NCBI GenBank assembly: GCA_964459835.1
Contig: CAYWPA010000004.1
Coordinates: 7,765 to 71,764 of the forward strand
From: an uncultured Methanosarcinales archaeon
GTDB lineage: Archaea; Nanobdellota; Nanobdellia; Woesearchaeales; UBA12501
Direction: 5' to 3'
Length of the DNA stretch: 64,000 nucleotides
Shown here: positions 9,097-16,257 of the stretch, in pieces
Layout: every line of letters starts with the position of its first letter
Numbering within the stretch: position 1 is the stretch's first letter
Notes under the pieces: model-generated
What the model saw: the letters and a program-made list of their open reading frames with translations, nothing else
What the model was told of the DNA's origin: nothing
Databases searched by the model: none
Made by a program: the position numbers and the translations under genes

Positions 9097-9645
9097 ATGG
9101 CATTTTCAGATTATGTTAAAGAAGGTATAGAGATAATCAAGCTTAACAGTAAAGCTATTACCAAGGCTGCAAAGGATGAGGATGCCTTTAAATATGGATT
9201 ATTGATTCTTATCATTGCAGGAGTTGCCCATGCATTCGGGCAGAGGAATATCTTTGCAGTTGTACTAAATCCAATATGGTTTGTGATTGCTGCATTTATA
9301 GGCGTAGCAATTGTTCATTTTTTTGCAATTCTTCTGGGAGGAAAAGCCCAGTATATGGAATTGTTCAGGTCATGGAGCATTGCCAATGTTTTGCAGTGGG
9401 TTGGCATTTTGGGATTGATTCCCTTCTTAGGAGGATTAGTAGTTGGCTTGGCAGGATTATGGATGATTGTTGTTGGAGTTGTCATTGTCCAGCATGTCCA
9501 CTCGCTTTCATTAGGAAGGGCTGTTTTGGCAGTTTTAATGCCAATAATAATAATTGGAGCAATAATACTTTTGCTTTCATTGATCTTTGCCGCAACAATG
9601 TTCAGTTTTATGGGCGGCTCAATGATGGGAAGAATGTGGGGCTAA
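9097..9645 (+). CDS. Yip1-like multi-pass membrane protein
   Basis: Soluble N-terminus followed by 4-5 TM helices. The Yip1 assignment is from architecture only. Confidence 0.5.
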   Translation: MAFSDYVKEGIEIIKLNSKAITKAAKDEDAFKYGLLILIIAGVAHAFGQRNIFAVVLNPIWFVIAAFIGVAIVHFFAILLGGKAQYMELFRSWSIANVLQWVGILGLIPFLGGLVVGLAGLWMIVVGVVIVQHVHSLSLGRAVLAVLMPIIIIGAIILLLSLIFAATMFSFMGGSMMGRMWG

Positions 9646-9663
9646 AATAATCTATAGAATCAA

Positions 9664-10329
9664 TTAATAGAATTCAATTTCTCCCTGCAAATAAATCCCT
9701 TTGTGCAGCTTAACTGGCCTCCAGGAATCTTTTACAACCTTTGCATTCAGCCAGTCTGCTAATTCTTCTGGATTCCCTATTGTTGCGCTTAAACCGATAA
9801 TCTGTATGTCTTTAAGCAGCTGCCTAAGGATTGTGATAAGAATTTCCAGTGTCGGCCCTCTGCTTGTATCATTAAGCAAATGGATTTCATCAGCAATAAC
9901 TACTTTAACATCTTTCAGCCATGCAATCTTGTGCCTTATCAAAGAATCAAGCTTCTCTGAAGTTGTTATTATCAAGTCAGCTGCTGCCAAATGGGGTTCA
10001 GGAGAGTCAACATCACCTATTGACAGTGCAACATTAAACATGCTTCCATATTTCTTTTCAAAATCCTTGTATTTTTCTGTCGCCAGGGCTTTAAGAGGAA
10101 CTATGTAGATGGCTTTTCCCTTTCTTTCAAGTATGGATTTAACAGCTGCTAACTCTGCTATTAGTGTTTTGCCTGAAGCAGTCGGGGTGCAAACCAACAG
10201 GCTTTCACCTTCCAAAAGGCCTTTTTTTATTGCTTTTTCCTGCGCAGGCCTTAATTCCTGAATGCCTTCCTTTTCAAGCACAGAATACAGCTTTTCCGGA
10301 ATGCCTTTTTTGATGTCTTGAAGCTCCAT
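9664..10329 (-). CDS. Hel308/Ski2-like helicase, N-terminal RecA1 (DEAH) domain only
   Basis: ELRPAQEKAI, Walker A TPTASGKTLIAE, DEIH, SAT (LSAT), ADWL...WRPVKL, then a stop. 221 aa, whereas the family is about 700 aa. Confidence 0.75.
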   Translation of the reverse strand: MELQDIKKGIPEKLYSVLEKEGIQELRPAQEKAIKKGLLEGESLLVCTPTASGKTLIAELAAVKSILERKGKAIYIVPLKALATEKYKDFEKKYGSMFNVALSIGDVDSPEPHLAAADLIITTSEKLDSLIRHKIAWLKDVKVVIADEIHLLNDTSRGPTLEILITILRQLLKDIQIIGLSATIGNPEELADWLNAKVVKDSWRPVKLHKGIYLQGEIEFY

Positions 10330-10377
10330 TATTGGCTGGTTTTCTTCTATGTTTTTATTTTTTCCTATAAATCCTAG

Positions 10378-10507
10378 TTAAGTCAAGTGCCAATGCTGCC
10401 AAGCACTGTGCTCCAATTAAGGAAGCATTTGCGAAAGCGCCTCGATTGCGAGAACAAAAGCAGAAGCGAACAGAGCGCAGCATTGGCACGAACACTACAT
10501 GACTTAA
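10378..10507. ncRNA. Candidate structured RNA or MITE-like inverted-repeat element
   Basis: Terminal inverted repeat TTAAGTCA (10378-10385) / TGACTTAA (10500-10507). Perfect 13-bp stem GTGCCAATGCTGC (10387-10399) / GCAGCATTGGCAC (10477-10489). Internal hairpin CTCG-ATTG-CGAG (10441-10452) and a C-GAAA-G tetraloop. Visibly more GC-rich than the flanks. Strand unknown. Confidence 0.4.
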
Positions 10508-10553
10508 CCTATAAAACGAAAACTTATTAAACATAAAAGGCTGAAGCCCTGCA

Positions 10554-11270
10554 ATGGCAAAAAATAGGAAAACCAAATCAACACCAAAAAAAGGAAAATC
10601 AAAAAAGACAAAGTGCCATATCTATCTTTTCAGGCATGCCCAGACTTACTACAACAAAGACCATATTTTTACCGGCTGGAAGGATTCCAAGCTTACTCCT
10701 CTTGGCAGGAAACAGGCAAAAGTTATTGCAAGGAAATTAAAAAACAAGAATATTGATGTTGCATACCAAACAAGGCTTTCACGCTCCAAGGACACATTAA
10801 AGGAAGTTTTAAAATACCATCCGGAGTGCAGGAAAATAATAATTGATGACAGGATGATTGAAAGAAGCTATGGAAAGCTGCAGGGCAAATCGCATTCTTA
10901 TTTTGCAAAAGAAAAAGGAGAACAATATTATAAAATGCTTCTGCACTGGCATAAAATAAACCATCTTTCTGAAAAAGAGAAAAAAGAGCTGATACAAAAG
11001 CATGGCGAAGCAGAACTGCATACTATAAGGAGATCATACACTGTTGCACCTCCCCAGGGTGAAAGCATAAAGATGGTTGAAAAAAGAGTCAACGCTTTTA
11101 TCAAAGATTTGCTTAAGAAAATAAAAAAAGAAAAAATAAACGTTGCAATTTCTGCCCATGGGAATTCAATGAGGCCTTTTAGAAAATATTTTGATAAATT
11201 ATCAATAAAGCAGATGATGGAATTAGAGAATCCATGGGATGATTATTTTGATTTTGTGGTAAAAGTCTAA
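10554..11270 (+). CDS. Histidine phosphatase family protein (dPGM-like) with a Lys-rich N-terminal extension
   Basis: YLFRHAQT..N (RHG-type motif), TPLGRKQA, SAHGNSMR. Confidence 0.7.
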   Translation: MAKNRKTKSTPKKGKSKKTKCHIYLFRHAQTYYNKDHIFTGWKDSKLTPLGRKQAKVIARKLKNKNIDVAYQTRLSRSKDTLKEVLKYHPECRKIIIDDRMIERSYGKLQGKSHSYFAKEKGEQYYKMLLHWHKINHLSEKEKKELIQKHGEAELHTIRRSYTVAPPQGESIKMVEKRVNAFIKDLLKKIKKEKINVAISAHGNSMRPFRKYFDKLSIKQMMELENPWDDYFDFVVKV

Positions 11271-12013
11271 ATCTTCTTTAATTCCTCAACCATCTTAATA
11301 TACATATCTTTTGTCAATGCCTGCGGGCCGTCGCACTTTGCTTGCTCAGGGGCAATATGCGTATCCACTATCAAACCGTCTGCTCCGCATGCTTTTGCAG
11401 CTTTTGCCATTGGAATAACTAAATCCCTGTTCCCTGTAGAATGGCTAGGATCAACTATCACTTTAAACCCTGTTTTCTGCTTCAGCAATGGGACAATGCT
11501 TAAGTCAAGGGTATTTCTCGTTGCCTTTTCAAATGTCCTTATTCCTCTCTCACAAAGGATTACATTATTGTTTCCGCCGTTTGTTACGTACTCAGCAGCG
11601 GCAACCCATTCTTCCATTGTTGCGCAGAATCCGCGCTTAAGAATAACTGGCTTTTCCTGCTTTCCTAAAGCTTTCAGCAGGCTGTAGTTAAGGCAGTTTC
11701 TTGTTCCAACCTGGAATATGTCAACATAATCATTAAGAATTTCTATCTGCTTTATTTCCATGATTTCATTTACAATTGGCTTTTTGTATTTTTCTTTTGC
11801 CTTTTTTAGGATTGCTAATGCTTTATCAAGATTTTCTTCGCCGATTCCCTGAAAAGATTCTGGACTGGTTCTCGGCTTGAAAATCATCCCTCTGAAAATG
11901 TCAGCAGAGTTTTTCACATAATCAATTGTGCCAAAGAACAGCTTCTCATTTTCAATTGCGCATGGTCCTGCAATAATAAAGAATTTATCCGGGATTATGC
12001 CTTGGCTTACCAT
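11267..12013 (-). CDS. aroF: 3-deoxy-7-phosphoheptulonate (DAHP) synthase, class I-beta
   Basis: IIAGPCAIE, FKPRTSPESFQG, LKRG, ILCERGIRTFE, VDPSH. Close to Pyrococcus/Thermotoga-type DAHPS. Confidence 0.8.
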   Translation of the reverse strand: MVSQGIIPDKFFIIAGPCAIENEKLFFGTIDYVKNSADIFRGMIFKPRTSPESFQGIGEENLDKALAILKKAKEKYKKPIVNEIMEIKQIEILNDYVDIFQVGTRNCLNYSLLKALGKQEKPVILKRGFCATMEEWVAAAEYVTNGGNNNVILCERGIRTFEKATRNTLDLSIVPLLKQKTGFKVIVDPSHSTGNRDLVIPMAKAAKACGADGLIVDTHIAPEQAKCDGPQALTKDMYIKMVEELKKI

Positions 12014-13248
12014 CTTGCAAACTTTGCCTTGCTTCCCAGCTCATTCTCAATTTCCATAAGCCTGTTGAATTTTACAATCCTTTCTCCCCTGCAAGGAGCT
12101 CCTATCTTTATCTGGCCGCAGCCAAGAGCAACTGCCAAATCAGCAATAAAAGTATCATCTGTTTCCCCGCTTCTATGGCTTACCATCACATTCCATTTGT
12201 TTTTCATTGCTAAGTTTGCAGCTTCTAATGCTTCTGTTATTGTGCCTATCTGGTTTACCTTCAGCAGAAGGGCATTGCACAATCCCCTGTCCAGTGCCAT
12301 TTGTATTCTAGTTGCATTTGTAGCTAGCAAATCATCCCCTACTATCTGGATTCTTGCCTTTTTCATCAGGTCTTTGTACGAGTTGAAGTCATCCTGGTCA
12401 AAAGGGTCTTCAAGAGATATAACAGGATACGACCTTATAAGGTCAATATAATGGTCAAGCAGCTCTTTCTGCGACATTATCCTGTCAACAATATATTTTC
12501 CATGGCTGTAGAATTCTGATGCAGCTGCATCAATTGCAAACTTTATCTTTTTGCTGTAGCCTGCTTCGCTTACTGCCTTTTCTAGCAGGTTCAATGCATC
12601 ATAGGCGCTGTCAACATCAGGAGCAAATCCGCCTTCATCCCCGACATTAACAGAAGAAAGCCCGTATTTTTTCTTTATAATATCTTTTAGTATATGGTAA
12701 ACTTCGCTTGCCCATTGCGCAGCTTCTTGAAAATTCTTGGCTTTCACAGGCACAATCATAAACTCCTGCATTGCAAGCTTTCCTCCTGCATGCTTTCCTC
12801 CGTTTATTACATTGCAGAAAGGTACAGGCATAGTTGTTTTTTTCTTTGTCAAGCTTCCAAGGTGTTTATACAATGGCTGATTTTTTTCAATTGCAGCAGC
12901 TCTTGCAGCAGCCATGCTTATTCCAAGGATTGCATTTGCGCCTAATCTTGATTTGTTTGGTGTGCCGTCAAAATTTATCATTGCCCTGTCTAATTTCTGC
13001 TGCTCTGCAAAATTTATTGATCTTATTTTATTTGAGATCAAGCTTACGTTCTTTACTGCTTTTGTAACGCCTTTGCCATGAAAGCGCATAGTGCCGTCTC
13101 TTAATTCCAGGGCTTCATATTTTCCAGTAGAAACTCCTGAAGGCACTTTTGCTATTGCATCTCCTTTTATAGAGCATATTTTAACTTCAACAGTAGGATT
13201 TCCCCTAGAATCTAGAATCTCTCTGGCCTCTATTCTGCCTTTTGACAT
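12007..13248 (-). CDS. eno: Enolase
   Basis: ILDSRGNPTVEV, SHRSGETDD and related motifs. AGGTGG lies 6 nt upstream of the ATG. Confidence 0.97.
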   Translation of the reverse strand: MSKGRIEAREILDSRGNPTVEVKICSIKGDAIAKVPSGVSTGKYEALELRDGTMRFHGKGVTKAVKNVSLISNKIRSINFAEQQKLDRAMINFDGTPNKSRLGANAILGISMAAARAAAIEKNQPLYKHLGSLTKKKTTMPVPFCNVINGGKHAGGKLAMQEFMIVPVKAKNFQEAAQWASEVYHILKDIIKKKYGLSSVNVGDEGGFAPDVDSAYDALNLLEKAVSEAGYSKKIKFAIDAAASEFYSHGKYIVDRIMSQKELLDHYIDLIRSYPVISLEDPFDQDDFNSYKDLMKKARIQIVGDDLLATNATRIQMALDRGLCNALLLKVNQIGTITEALEAANLAMKNKWNVMVSHRSGETDDTFIADLAVALGCGQIKIGAPCRGERIVKFNRLMEIENELGSKAKFARW

Positions 13249-13376
13249 GCTCTACCACCTTAATTAAAAGGAGGTACAGCTTTAAATATAAACCTTTCGA
13301 GTGGCCTAAAAACCAAAATATATATAAATAGCAAAGCAACTACGCAGTAAATTACCTTAATTTAGAGGTGTAAAAT

Positions 13377-14069
13377 ATGGCTAAAAAGAAGGAACAAGCA
13401 AAAGCAGCGCCTAAAAAATCAAATATAAACTACATTATAGGCGCTATAGTTGTAATAGTAATTCTGTTTTTAATTTTCAGGATGGGAAGGGAAGCCCCTG
13501 AAGCGGCTCCTGAGGCTCCTGCAGCTCCAGAAGCGGCTGAAAAAGTTGTTCCGCCTGAAAAGATAGTTGCTGAAGAGACAATCGGCCATGAAGCAGTTAC
13601 CTTGGTGACAAATCTTGGCAAGATAGAAGCAATTGAAGAAGAAACTTCAACTACATTCATAAAAAACGTTGGGGAGTCTAATGAATTTGTTAAAGAAGTT
13701 GCATTTTCAGATGTAAACTGCTACATAAATGAAGAGTATGACCCGACAACAACAGTAAGCAATGTCGGAAAGATATCATTCAAGGTTACCAACATGGATG
13801 ATGGAACCTATGAGCTTGGATTGGTAAGAGCTCTTGAAGCAAAGGACAAGCCTGCATCAAGAATCTCCCTGAATGGAAGAAGGTTCTACGAAGCGCCTGA
13901 AAAGTGCGGAGCAGAACAGATTAAGGGAGGAGAAACAATTACCTGTTCAGACTTGAATGCATTCTTCAGGTCTGGAAAGACAAATACAGGCGCTGAGCAG
14001 TACAACAGGCTGAAGATCGAAACTTCTAACTACATTTCAGTTTTAAGCTTTAAGTGCAATGTAGGATAA
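13377..14069 (+). CDS. Membrane-anchored/secreted protein with a Pro/Ala/Glu linker and a 4-Cys C-terminal domain (paralog A)
   Basis: N-terminal TM helix, (APEA)n linker. C-terminal domain aligns with ORF 15041..15628 (NGRR, CG..., GE.xTC, F(K/R)C). Confidence 0.7.
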   Translation: MAKKKEQAKAAPKKSNINYIIGAIVVIVILFLIFRMGREAPEAAPEAPAAPEAAEKVVPPEKIVAEETIGHEAVTLVTNLGKIEAIEEETSTTFIKNVGESNEFVKEVAFSDVNCYINEEYDPTTTVSNVGKISFKVTNMDDGTYELGLVRALEAKDKPASRISLNGRRFYEAPEKCGAEQIKGGETITCSDLNAFFRSGKTNTGAEQYNRLKIETSNYISVLSFKCNVG

Positions 14070-14073
14070 ATTT

Positions 14074-14361
14074 TTATTTTTTTATTCTCTTTTTCTTTTT
14101 AATCCTACTGTTAACTATTCTCTTTTTATCTTTATAGAACCACTCATATATTCCATAAGCCCAGGAGGCTGTATAAGCAAAAGCAACAAAAAATACACCC
14201 CACTGCTTATTTAAAAAAGAAGTGATAAACCAAAACGGCTGTGCAATCAACCCTAAAACAAACCCCCATTTATTTTTCCTAGCTACTAAAATAATAGAGG
14301 AAACACCAAGTATGAATATTGCAAATTAAGATATTGTATCCCATAAATTTGGATAAACCAT
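14074..14361 (-). pseudogene. Small 2-3 TM membrane protein gene interrupted by an in-frame TAA at codon 12
   Basis: Minus strand reads ATG GTT TAT CCA AAT TTA TGG GAT ACA ATA TCT TAA TTT GCA... and encodes MVYPNLWDTIS*FAIFILGVSSIILVARKNKWGFVLGLIAQPFWFITSFLNKQWGVFFVAFAYTASWAYGIYEWFYKDKKRIVNSRIKKKKRIKK*. No ATG/GTG/TTG follows the stop. Confidence 0.4.
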
Positions 14362-14430
14362 ATATCAACAGTTAATACTCTTCTTTAAAAATGTACCCTT
14401 TTATAAACGAGCTTACATATTATAAAATCT

Positions 14431-14475
14431 AAAAGAAAACAAGAAAAAAGATGTATGCTGCATAAAGCAGCACAC
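14431..14475 (-). terminator. Hairpin plus oligo-T tract downstream of the ultra-basic protein gene
   Basis: Minus strand: GTGTGCTGC-TTTAT-GCAGCATAC followed by TCTTTTTTCTTGTTTTC. Confidence 0.5.
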
Positions 14476-14494
14476 ATAAAACATAAAAAAAGAT

Positions 14495-14704
14495 TTACCT
14501 TCTCCTCTTTCTTAGCCTTTTTTCAAGGGATCTGATCTTCTTTTTCAGCCTCTTGGTTTCAGACCTGTGCTTTCTGTTGGCTTTGGAAAGCTCTTTTCTT
14601 GCTTTTCGAGCAGCTCCTCCTTTTGATACCCTCCTCTTAGCTTTCCTTCTAGCTGCTCTTCTTCTGGGCCTTCTCTTTGCTGCCTTTCTTCTTCTCTTTG
14701 CCAT
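14495..14704 (-). CDS. Ultra-basic 69-aa protein (39 of 69 residues are K or R)
   Basis: MAKRRRKAAKRRPRRRAARRKAKRR... preceded by GGAGGTGA 4 nt upstream of the ATG. Start is the internal Met of track ORF 14495..14722. Confidence 0.7.
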   Translation of the reverse strand: MAKRRRKAAKRRPRRRAARRKAKRRVSKGGAARKARKELSKANRKHRSETKRLKKKIRSLEKRLRKRRR

Positions 14705-14735
14705 TTGTTCACCTCCTATCATTCAATACTATTGG

Positions 14736-14819
14736 TTATTCTATATCATTGCCGCATTCCTGGCAGTATACATCACTCTGTTCTAATTCAAATCCGCAGA
14801 CAGGGCATATTTTTGCCAT
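14736..14819 (-). CDS. Zinc-ribbon miniprotein (27 aa, MAKICPVCGFELEQSDVYCQECGNDIE)
   Basis: CPxCG...CxxCG. Ends 31 nt upstream of the ultra-basic gene on the same strand. Too short for the ORF track. Confidence 0.5.
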   Translation of the reverse strand: MAKICPVCGFELEQSDVYCQECGNDIE

Positions 14820-15040
14820 TTTGCATCACCATATTTTTAATATTATGAGCATTAGGGCTTATTTTATCTACAAGAACAGAAAAAAATTTCTTACCACCCC
14901 ATTTTTGATGTAAAAGCTTCATCAATTCTGTTATTATTAGCTTTTTATTATATAAATGTTTTGCATTTTTTGCTTTCTTTGCCTTTGACCAAAACATATT
15001 TAAACTGATACTCTTTTCTACAGGGTACGGAGGTGTTGAG

Positions 15041-15628
15041 ATGAATAAGATTATCACAATAATAATGATTGTTCTTCTACTGGCTATTGTAGGCTGTAAA
15101 AGAGAGGCTAAGGAAGCAGCACCTATACAACCTATGCCAGAGCAGCCTGCTGAAGGAATAGAAGCTCCAGAAACAGCAGAAAGCATGGAACAGGAAACTG
15201 AAGCAAAGCTAGCAGTGCCTAGCGCAGCAAATGTTGAAATTCTTAAAGAAGAAACAACATCAGGCAGAACTTATGAAGAGCGCAGCTTTGAAGCAGAAAC
15301 AGACATTTCAGGAATAACATGCAGCATTGACGAGCAGAAGATTGGCTTTACCTTTACCAATAACGATGGAGTTGACTATACGCTTGAGTATATCAAGTTT
15401 GGAGAAGAAAGGGACGAGATGGAACTTTCTTTGGAAGTAAATGGAAGAAGGATAAAGAACACAATGGAAGCTTGCGGAACGAACTTAGTAAAAGAAGGCG
15501 AATCCGTAACGTGCACTGTTGATACAGTAATAAGAACAGGAGAAAGCACATTCGGAAAAGAGCTTATCAATTATGTTGAAGCAAGCAGAGCCGCAAAGCA
15601 ATCTAAAATTGCATTTAGATGCAGCTAA
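15041..15628 (+). CDS. Lipoprotein-like secreted protein with a 4-Cys domain (paralog B)
   Basis: Signal peptide with lipobox-like LLAIVGC and an acidic Pro/Glu linker. C-terminal domain is paralogous to 13377..14069. Confidence 0.7.
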   Translation: MNKIITIIMIVLLLAIVGCKREAKEAAPIQPMPEQPAEGIEAPETAESMEQETEAKLAVPSAANVEILKEETTSGRTYEERSFEAETDISGITCSIDEQKIGFTFTNNDGVDYTLEYIKFGEERDEMELSLEVNGRRIKNTMEACGTNLVKEGESVTCTVDTVIRTGESTFGKELINYVEASRAAKQSKIAFRCS

Positions 15629-15686
15629 ATTTTTTATTCTATTTATTATTTTTATCTTCTCTTTCAGGTTTTATTCTTTTAAGAAG

Positions 15687-15926
15687 CTAAACCATATATT
15701 TTCTCAAAACAAAATAAACAATAACCAGGCACAATAATATAATAAAGAACGGAGCAATCATCTTTTTGCTTGAGAAAAAGCCGAACGGTATAGGGCCAAT
15801 GAAGCCGCCGACAGCTACGTTTGTTTTTGTGTTTTTATCTGCCTGAAGAAAAGAGCTTATAATAATAAAAATAATTCCAAGAAACAATAATCCAACACCA
15901 ATTAGAGCAACAATATTAGTTTTCAT
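15687..15926 (-). CDS. Small membrane protein, DUF131/TIGR00304-like
   Basis: Two TM helices flank GGFIGPIPFGF, which resembles the GG.I.IGPIPI.FG motif of the archaeal family. Confidence 0.5.
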   Translation of the reverse strand: MKTNIVALIGVGLLFLGIIFIIISSFLQADKNTKTNVAVGGFIGPIPFGFFSSKKMIAPFFIILLCLVIVYFVLRKYMV

Positions 15927-16252
15927 GCATCCAGTGAATTTATTATCTTATTTAAAGATTTGTCTAGCGCATAGAATAGGTTGAAATCAGTAACTTCAGA
16001 AGTTATATGATTCCCCCCTGCCATGAGCTTTGAGTGAAGCTCAACCTTACCGTCTTCTCCATGAATAGACTTAAGGGTCACTGTCAGGTTCTCGAAATTC
16101 TGTACAGAATTAGACATTCTTCTTGCATAATTGCCGACTAATTTCTTTATAACAATGAGCTTTGCAGGCTCTAGGTCCGTAAACCCTACCAATGTTATGT
16201 TTCCACCAAGCTCTATCATCAGCCTATGAATACCTAGAGCTATATATGGCAT
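15923..16252 (-). CDS. HPF/RaiA (S30AE)-like protein
   Basis: LTVTLKSIHGEDGKVELHSKLMAGGNHITSEVTDFNLFYALDKSLNKIINSL parallels ...LHVNGGEIHASAEGQDMYAAIDGLIDKLARQL of bacterial HPF. 4-nt overlap with the downstream gene. Confidence 0.45.
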   Translation of the reverse strand: MPYIALGIHRLMIELGGNITLVGFTDLEPAKLIVIKKLVGNYARRMSNSVQNFENLTVTLKSIHGEDGKVELHSKLMAGGNHITSEVTDFNLFYALDKSLNKIINSLDA

Positions 16253-16257
16253 CAAAA

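Noticed and set aside
10355-10576. 73-aa minus-strand ORF in the helicase/gpm intergenic region
   Set aside because: It reads straight through the long inverted repeat and gives a low-complexity product with no start context. The signal is better explained by an RNA or MITE-like element.
12002-13067. Plus-strand ORFs antisense to enolase
   Set aside because: Enolase on the minus strand is unambiguous.
14326-14328. Genetic-code reassignment of TAA (suggested by the in-frame TAAs here and at 60230)
   Set aside because: TAA is the terminator of many well-delimited genes in this window, such as polB, rpl39e and pyrC, at positions matching family lengths. A global recoding is therefore untenable. 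Local mutation, sequencing error or rare readthrough is more likely.
14788-15186. 132-aa minus-strand ORF
   Set aside because: Its 5' half is antisense to the well-supported lipoprotein gene at 15041 and its 3' end overlaps the zinc-ribbon ORF. Only the 69-aa portion from MFWSK (about 14997) could be real, and I have no support for it.
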